This document shows positions 56,993 through 64,000 of a DNA stretch of 64,000 nucleotides, in pieces (within the stretch, counting starts at the first letter, position 1; each line of letters starts with the position of its first letter). This stretch comes from Oceanispirochaeta sp. (GTDB taxonomy: Bacteria; Spirochaetota; Spirochaetia; DSM-2461). Both the position numbers and the translations under genes were made by a program. The notes below the pieces were generated by a model. The model worked only from the letters and a program-made list of their open reading frames with translations, ran no database searches and was not told the DNA's origin. Location: positions 160,001 to 224,000 of the forward strand of contig CAXXXD010000004.1 of assembly GCA_963663385.2 (NCBI GenBank), in the 5' to 3' direction.

Positions 56993-58207
56993 ATGAAAAA
57001 ATCTTCAAAGAGTATCTATTTTTATTATGCTTTTCTGGCATTGACAGCACTTGGTCTGGGACTGAGTTTCGAAACCCTCTCCAACTACCTGAAAGACGCT
57101 TTTGCCGTCAATGCCCTGGAAAGGGGACTGATTGAATTCCCCAGAGAGATTCCCGGAGCGATTGTGTTCCTTGTTATCTCCTATCTGGCTTTTCTGGGAG
57201 ATATCCGTATTGCCATAATCGGTGAGACCCTCTGTGTACTCAGCATACTGCTGCTGGGATTCCTGTCTCCGGGATTTGCCGTCATGATCCTGTTATTATT
57301 TGTATTTTCTCTGGGTATGCACCTGCTGCTGCCCCTTCTGGACAGCATCGGACTGTCCCTTGTTGAGGATGAGAAAACCATGGGATCGAAACTGGGTTTT
57401 TTCAAGGGAATCTACACATCTTTTTCCATGGTTGCCATGGGGATGCTGTTTATCGGTTTCAAAACAGGTTTCTTTTCCTATACTGCCAGGGTTATCAAAC
57501 CGTTTATCCTCTGTGCCCTGTTTATGTCTCTGGCGATCGTGATCCTTTCTCTTCTGAAATCCCGGATCAGGAACCCCATATCAGCAGACCGCAAGGTTAA
57601 ATGGGTTTTCCGGAAGGAGTACAAATACTACTATGTGCTGACAATTATGACGGGAATTCAGAAGCAGATTATGTTTGTTTTCGGTCCCTGGGTTCTGATT
57701 GAAATGCTGAACAAGAAGACTGATGTTATTTCTGTGCTGTTTTTTTTCGGAACTTTCATAGGGATCTTTTTTATTCCCTGGCTGGGGAAGCTGATCGACC
57801 GCTTCGGAGTCAGGAAGCTGCTTTATGCCGATGCGATCTCTTTTGTCTTTGTTTATGCCTCCTACGGGCTTCTGACATCCGGATTCAGGAACGGAATTCT
57901 TGCCACTATTGGTATTCCCGTATTTCTGGCGTATGTTTTGATTATCCTGGATAAAATGTCCATGCAGATGTCCATTATACGAACCATTTATTTAAAGAAT
58001 ATCCTGGTGGAGGAGAGTGATCTTACAAAGACTCTGACAATGGGACTGAGTCTGGACCACTGTGTTACCATCATGTTTGCCGTACTGGGCGGGTTTATAT
58101 GGACCCGGTATGGAGCAGAATATATATTCTATGGGGTTTCCCTGCTGTCATTTGTCAATGTTTTTGTTGCCTGGAAGGTTAAGCCGGAATCTCTGAAGAT
58201 ACACTGA
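56993..58207 (+). CDS. MFS transporter
   Basis: About 12 TM, ERGLIEFPREIPG, GKLIDRFGVRK motif; start at ATG 56993 after GGGAG. Confidence 0.88.
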   Translation: MKKSSKSIYFYYAFLALTALGLGLSFETLSNYLKDAFAVNALERGLIEFPREIPGAIVFLVISYLAFLGDIRIAIIGETLCVLSILLLGFLSPGFAVMILLLFVFSLGMHLLLPLLDSIGLSLVEDEKTMGSKLGFFKGIYTSFSMVAMGMLFIGFKTGFFSYTARVIKPFILCALFMSLAIVILSLLKSRIRNPISADRKVKWVFRKEYKYYYVLTIMTGIQKQIMFVFGPWVLIEMLNKKTDVISVLFFFGTFIGIFFIPWLGKLIDRFGVRKLLYADAISFVFVYASYGLLTSGFRNGILATIGIPVFLAYVLIILDKMSMQMSIIRTIYLKNILVEESDLTKTLTMGLSLDHCVTIMFAVLGGFIWTRYGAEYIFYGVSLLSFVNVFVAWKVKPESLKIH

Positions 58208-58243
58208 GCCGTTTAATCAATAAGGGAAGAGGGATCCCGAATT

Positions 58244-58317
58244 AACCTCCCCCTGGCCCCTCCCGAGGAGGGGAATCATTATTGACCTCTCCCTTTGAGG
58301 GGAGATTGAGAGGGGTT
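58244..58317. repeat. REP-like pair of GC-rich hairpins in inverted orientation
   Basis: AACCTCCCCCTGGCCCCTCCCGAGGAGGGG and, on the opposite strand, AACCCCTCTCAATCTCCCCTCAAAGGGAG; between convergent genes. Confidence 0.55.
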
Positions 58318-58333
58318 TGGAGAGAATGGGAAT

Positions 58334-59680
58334 TCAGGCCGTAGCTGATACTTTTTCCTTTCTTCCGGCAGACAGAAAAAAATACACAATTGTACAGATT
58401 AAAAGAACCATGCAGTAGTGGACGTTGGATGCCACAGCAATGGGAGAGATCCCGAAGATAGATGCTGCAAGCAGGAGCTGGGCTCCCCAGGGGATCAGTC
58501 CCTGACAGATACAGGAAAAAATATCCAGTGTTCCCGCGGCTTTTTTCGGTTCAACCCCATTCTTACGGGCAATGCTCCTGGCTACACTTCCTGTAACCAG
58601 TATGGTAACCGTGTTATTAGCGGTACAGAGGTTTGTCAGAAAAGCCAGAACACCGATACCGATTTCTGCGGCAACTGTATTTTCCCTGCCGAAGGAAAGG
58701 CGGTTGATCGCTGCGGTTACGGTTTTTTCCAGAGCGAGAAGCCCCCCCTGTGCCTTGAGCAGTTCAGCCAGGCCCCCAATGAAAATCGAAAGGATGAATA
58801 TTTCCTGCATACCCGTAAAACCATTATAAATTTCTTTTGCCATGACAAGAAGGGTAAAGTCGGGCGTCCTGATAAAACCGACAATCCCGGCCATAATGAT
58901 CCCGGAAATCAGCACGGCGAACACATTGATCCCGGACACTGCCATTACAAGTATGGCAAAGTAGGGAACAGCCAGGAGGAATGAAACAGGTTTTGCTCCT
59001 GTAACAGTTGAGCCTTCCGACAGAAAGAGGAGCAGAATAACCGTAATAACTGCCGCCGGGATGGCAATGGCAGCATTAACCTTGAATTTATCTTTCATCT
59101 CGCAGCCCTGAGTTCTTGTGGCGGCAATTGTGGTATCGGAAATAATGGAGAGGTTGTCTCCGAACATGGCGCCTCCCGTTACAACTCCCGCTGTAAGCGG
59201 TATGGAGAGACCCGCTTCCCCGGCAATGGCAACGGCTATGGGGGCAAGGGCGGCGATGGTCCCCATGGAGGTTCCCATGGCGGTAGAGATCAGGGCTCCC
59301 ACAATAAAGAGTCCGGGCAATAGAAAAGAGGAGGGGATTATGTTGGTTGTCAGTGTTACAACCGCCTCTACGCCTCCTGTCGCCTTGGCGACAGAACTGA
59401 ATCCTCCGGCCAGAAGGTAGATCATACACATGGCCATGATGTTGCTGTGACCGGCTCCCGTCAGAAATGTTTCTATTGTCGAGTTCAGTCTCTTTCTTCC
59501 TGCCATCAGGACGGCCAGTATAATGGCGGGGAGAGCGGCAACGGGGGCGGCAATCTGATAGAAGGCGAAATCGGTTCCGATGCTCTGAAAATAGATCCCG
59601 CTGCCTACGAATATGGTTAGAAATAGTCCCAGAGGGAGAAGCGCCGTCAGACGCGGCCGGATTATATTGTCGTTGTTCAA
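58334..59680 (-). CDS. Na+/H+ antiporter NhaC-family transporter (putative amino acid transporter)
   Basis: MGTSMGTI, GAMFGDNLSIISDTTIAATRTQGC.MKDKF, ANNT, PWGAQLL; TTG 59680 with GAGGT RBS. Confidence 0.88.
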   Translation of the reverse strand: MNNDNIIRPRLTALLPLGLFLTIFVGSGIYFQSIGTDFAFYQIAAPVAALPAIILAVLMAGRKRLNSTIETFLTGAGHSNIMAMCMIYLLAGGFSSVAKATGGVEAVVTLTTNIIPSSFLLPGLFIVGALISTAMGTSMGTIAALAPIAVAIAGEAGLSIPLTAGVVTGGAMFGDNLSIISDTTIAATRTQGCEMKDKFKVNAAIAIPAAVITVILLLFLSEGSTVTGAKPVSFLLAVPYFAILVMAVSGINVFAVLISGIIMAGIVGFIRTPDFTLLVMAKEIYNGFTGMQEIFILSIFIGGLAELLKAQGGLLALEKTVTAAINRLSFGRENTVAAEIGIGVLAFLTNLCTANNTVTILVTGSVARSIARKNGVEPKKAAGTLDIFSCICQGLIPWGAQLLLAASIFGISPIAVASNVHYCMVLLICTIVYFFLSAGRKEKVSATA

Positions 59681-59979
59681 TCTGAATACCTCGGTAGTGT
59701 TAATTTGCCTGTTTTTATTAAAAAACCGCTTCATAGTATCCGAAAGGGGAATTTGTATAAAGATCATTCCTAATGAAGTTTTGAAACTGTTTTTTTTTAC
59801 TTGAATCGGAATCCTGTTTTAAGAAAAGTGGGATATATAGGGTTAAGCTCGGATAATGAGAATTGAAAATTTTTTAAAAAACTGTTTCTCTGGATTTATA
59901 CATGTCAGGATCTTCCTGCAACTATACAAGTGGTCAGGGAGTGGAAACAGTAATCCGGTAGAAGTTGCTCAGTTTCAGC

Positions 59980-61227
59980 TTAATAAGGTGTCTCTACATG
60001 GCTGTTATCGGGGAAATCAGCACAAAGGAGAAAGTGTTTCTTTTCTCTGATAAATGCTTTGGAAAGGGTAATACAGGATTCCCCGGATGCCTGGGATATA
60101 TAGGGCGCCGATATCTGAAGTCTCTGCTTGCCCTCCGGTTCAAAAAAATAGGGTTTTAAGGAGTGGTCCGTTCCTTTCCGGGCCGGCTGAAACAGAAAAT
60201 GTTTATTCTGGTATTCCTTGTAAATGGTTATGGTTTCGCCTGTCTGTATCCCGTCCCGGTTGAGAATATACAAACAGTCGATCTCTTTTGTTCTGATAAG
60301 ATAATCCTTCAGGATGCTCTCTTCATCAGTTTCTGCGGCAATCAGTGCTCTGCAAATCTGTTCAACCACTTTTTCATAATGGAGCATCCTTTTTCGGGAA
60401 GATTGCCTTTTTCTGATTAATTGCGCTTTATACCTCTTTCTTTCGGATAGAATTTTACTCTGTGATACCTCTTTTATGGTCCTGAAGGATGGATTGGGGC
60501 GGCAGAAGTGGAACCCCTGAATCAGTTCGGCTCCCAACTCCAGGCATTTCTGGGTCTCGCGTCTGTTTTCTACTCCCTCCGCCAGGGGGATGGCGCCAAT
60601 ATCATTTGCCAGACGGATAAGGGATTCAAATACTTTCATTTTGTAGTAGTCATCCTGTATGTCCTGCACCAGAGATCTATCCAGTTTGAGAATATCCGGT
60701 TTGATCAGGGCAATCCTTTCCAGATTGGAAAATCCGACTCCTACGTCGTCAAGAGCTATCAGGAAATCCGATTTGCGGCAGTATTCGAAAAACATCAGGA
60801 TCTCTTTTTCCATTTCCAGATTGTCTTCCAGGATCTCCAGCACCACCTGCCTGGATGATATGCCTGTTCTGTCCAGTAAGTTCAACAGCCTGTCGATCGA
60901 CTTTCTGCCTTTCTGTACAAAGGAGGAACTTATATTGATAAAAAGGAGGGTTCTGGGGTCACAGCTCTGATGAACAAATGATTCGGCTGCTTTTCTGATT
61001 AAAATCCAATCCAGGGCTAACAGTTCATTCGTTGTTTCAAACCGGGAGATAATTTCCTGTATGCTGGAGTAATTTTCATCACTGCTATATCTATAGCGGC
61101 TTAATGCTTCAAGGGCAACGATTTTTTCGTTTTTAATGGATATGATCGGTTGAAAGTAAGTTACTATATCCAGAGATATTTTCAGGTTTTCAACCCATGG
61201 GTTCTTAATAATAGTATTATATTCCAT
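59980..61227 (-). CDS. EAL-domain phosphodiesterase-family protein with YkuI-like C-terminal domain
   Basis: FQPI, EALSR, LFINIS, LEILE, ALDDVGVGFSNL, KLDR, AEGVE, QGF; C-terminal KPYF...SAPYIS..SGE.CIT. Confidence 0.9.
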   Translation of the reverse strand: MEYNTIIKNPWVENLKISLDIVTYFQPIISIKNEKIVALEALSRYRYSSDENYSSIQEIISRFETTNELLALDWILIRKAAESFVHQSCDPRTLLFINISSSFVQKGRKSIDRLLNLLDRTGISSRQVVLEILEDNLEMEKEILMFFEYCRKSDFLIALDDVGVGFSNLERIALIKPDILKLDRSLVQDIQDDYYKMKVFESLIRLANDIGAIPLAEGVENRRETQKCLELGAELIQGFHFCRPNPSFRTIKEVSQSKILSERKRYKAQLIRKRQSSRKRMLHYEKVVEQICRALIAAETDEESILKDYLIRTKEIDCLYILNRDGIQTGETITIYKEYQNKHFLFQPARKGTDHSLKPYFFEPEGKQRLQISAPYISQASGESCITLSKAFIREKKHFLLCADFPDNSHVETPY

Positions 61228-61238
61228 TCTTTAGAAAT

Positions 61239-61254
61239 AGCAATAATCATGCCA
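61239..61254 (-). promoter_or_regulatory. Putative sigma54 -24/-12 promoter
   Basis: Minus strand TGGCATGATTATTGCT against consensus TGGCAC-N5-TTGCW. Confidence 0.6.
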
Positions 61255-61489
61255 TAAAGAAGTTTTCCTGTCTGGCAGACATGTAGATCAATGAGAAGGG
61301 AATCTTATTGTATAGTTTTTTAAGTAAACACATAAATGTCGCATTATGCCTCTTGAAATAACGGATATGTAGGATTTTTTTTAATGCTTCTGCTGACCAG
61401 AGAATCGATTGTGGTGATGATTGTGTAGTCCCTGCAGAATTTACAGTGAGTTAACATTTCTTTTGGAATTTTGATATATAATTCCTGGT

Positions 61490-61699
61490 ATGAGTAAAAT
61501 CTGTGAGTATTGTGAAAAACTGGATCTTGTCAGTTTGCTGGAAGAACCTGCTTCTGTGGATTCATCCCTGGCAGACAGGCTGGTACGCTATTACTGTCAG
61601 AATCCGGAAACAGATCAGAATTACTGTCCCTATTGGGGGGATAAAGATAAGTGTATTTACCACAAAATGCTTTCTTTTAATCAGGCAGTATTAAAGTAG
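61490..61699 (+). CDS. Small Cys-containing hypothetical protein
   Basis: 69 aa with CEYC and three further Cys; TATAAT just upstream, no clear RBS. Confidence 0.4.
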   Translation: MSKICEYCEKLDLVSLLEEPASVDSSLADRLVRYYCQNPETDQNYCPYWGDKDKCIYHKMLSFNQAVLK

Positions 61700-61970
61700 G
61701 CAATGTAAGTTTGTTTTTAGCTTTAGAAGCTCTTATCTATAAAATTCTCTTGCATTTATGTTTCTTTAAAAATATTCAATGGTTTTCCTTTTGCAGATGA
61801 ATGACGATATCATTTATACTCTATGGAGCACTACTGTCTGCAATTAAAAACCATCTTCTTCAAAGGCCAATTACTTTTAGTTGATTTATTATTTTGTGTC
61901 AAAACTATCATTCATCTATTTAAAAAATAAAACATAACATAAATACTGCTATTTATAGGTATTAATCATA

Positions 61971-63009
<1,039 letters not shown>

Positions 63010-63029
63010 TGGATTTATAGTATTTTCAG

Positions 63030-63060
63030 CACCCTCCTCTCTGATGGGAGGGTGTTTTTT
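63030..63060 (+). terminator. Stem-loop/terminator after the binding-protein gene
   Basis: CACCCTCC-loop-GGAGGGTG followed by T6. Confidence 0.7.
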
Positions 63061-63071
63061 CAGGAGCCAAT

Positions 63072-63749
63072 ATGGATTTCAAGATTTATAAAAAAGCCGT
63101 TTTATTTTTAATAGTTTTCTTTTCTTTTTTATCCTGTACAGTTGTCAGGCATGATGATCAGGCAAAATCAAGTGAAAACGAAGTGACATTTTATTTTGAA
63201 GATGAGTCTTTCGATGCGGCTTCTTATGTAGAGGAAAACTGGGGAACTAGAATTCTTCCTGAGATAAAAGAAGGTGCCCGGAATCTTGAAGAGCTGATTA
63301 GTGAATTAAAATCTGATCCTTCAAAGACATCTGAGCAATCCGGAATTCGAAAAGAGGACACGTCGCCCTATAGTTTCATGGTCAAGGGACAATTTAAAAT
63401 TCAGGAAGTGAACAGGGAATCTTCAGCGGGAATCATGACATTGGATATTCCGGATATTTCTGAGGACGGTAACTGCAGGGTACAGATAGGTCCGGTTATT
63501 AAAAAGAGCATGATCCGGGACTCTCTGGAATTTATCAAATTCGGGGATTTCAGCAATCAGATCGAATTTGCCAATATATCAAGGGAAATCAATTTCTATG
63601 TGAGAGATAATATAGTCAATGAAATTGATGATTTATGGGAAACCGGGAAGACTGTTGACCTTTATGGCGTTTTCACGATGGATGATACCGGTGCGGTTCT
63701 CATTACACCTGTAATGATTGAACTTTTAGATGGAGATAACAATGAGTGA
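63072..63749 (+). CDS. DUF2291-family lipoprotein
   Basis: Lipobox FLSC-TVV; FDA..YV...W, QIGPVI....RDSL.FI.FGDF.NQIEFA. Confidence 0.85.
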   Translation: MDFKIYKKAVLFLIVFFSFLSCTVVRHDDQAKSSENEVTFYFEDESFDAASYVEENWGTRILPEIKEGARNLEELISELKSDPSKTSEQSGIRKEDTSPYSFMVKGQFKIQEVNRESSAGIMTLDIPDISEDGNCRVQIGPVIKKSMIRDSLEFIKFGDFSNQIEFANISREINFYVRDNIVNEIDDLWETGKTVDLYGVFTMDDTGAVLITPVMIELLDGDNNE

Positions 63750-64000
63750 CTCTGTAATTCTCAGAGCAGAAAATATAAGGAAAGTATACCCTGGAACAAT
63801 AGCTTTAAAAGGAGTGGATTTTAACGTTTATGAAGGTAAAGTGAATGTACTGGTTGGTGAGAACGGCGCTGGAAAATCCACTTTGATGAAAATTCTTTCG
63901 GGGGTGGAAATCCCAACTAGCGGTCATTTTTATTTGAACAATGAGGAATTGACTCAGCTAACACCGAAAAGTGCAGCAGAGAAGGGTATTGGGATTATTT
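63742..64000 (+). CDS. Sugar ABC transporter ATP-binding protein (partial, runs off window)
   Basis: Translated by hand: MSDSVILRAENIRKVYPGTIALKGVDFNV..G.VNVLVGENGAGKSTLMKILSG. Confidence 0.9.
   Translation, partial: MSDSVILRAENIRKVYPGTIALKGVDFNVYEGKVNVLVGENGAGKSTLMKILSGVEIPTSGHFYLNNEELTQLTPKSAAEKGIGII

Noticed and set aside
59681..59979. SAM or other riboswitch upstream of the NhaC-family gene
   Set aside because: No SAM-I, lysine or T-box consensus found; only an 8-bp inverted repeat (59881-59888 / 59944-59951) with a small inner hairpin, more likely the 3' structure of the EAL transcript

Overview
Gene-dense bacterial chromosomal window, most likely from a free-living Spirochaetaceae member (inferred from spirochaete-style lipoprotein signal peptides, a GGQQE-type sugar-binding protein N-terminus and overall gene content). 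It contains no rRNA, tRNA, CRISPR array, transposase, integrase or reverse transcriptase. In order it holds: corA (partial), DUF432-mscS, a binding protein plus hybrid kinase, a cstA/small protein/ArsA-like ATPase/membrane protein operon, a degenerate DtxR-like regulator, two flavocytochrome-c-type enoate reductases with pcm transcribed divergently from acuR-acuI, purC, a Crp-type regulator, cobO, a binding protein plus MCP, a TRAP+USP operon, a diguanylate cyclase, a GH114-like lipoprotein, a TetR-TolC-HlyD-ABC efflux operon, two Feo systems, arsC, MFS, an NhaC-family transporter, an EAL protein and a DUF2291 sugar ABC transporter. Best candidate for an undescribed system: two paralogous loci (24985-28724 and 33902-39993). 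In each, a protein with signal peptide, small outer-membrane beta-barrel, transglutaminase-like Cys-His-Glu core and TPR is translationally coupled to adhesin-like lipoproteins that share a helical motif just after the lipidated Cys. Second candidate: a duplicated AcuR-type operator that links periplasmic and cytoplasmic flavoprotein reductases to acryloyl-CoA reductase. Third candidate: the CstA operon with an ArsA/GET3-like ATPase. All product calls come from motif recognition only; no database searches were run.
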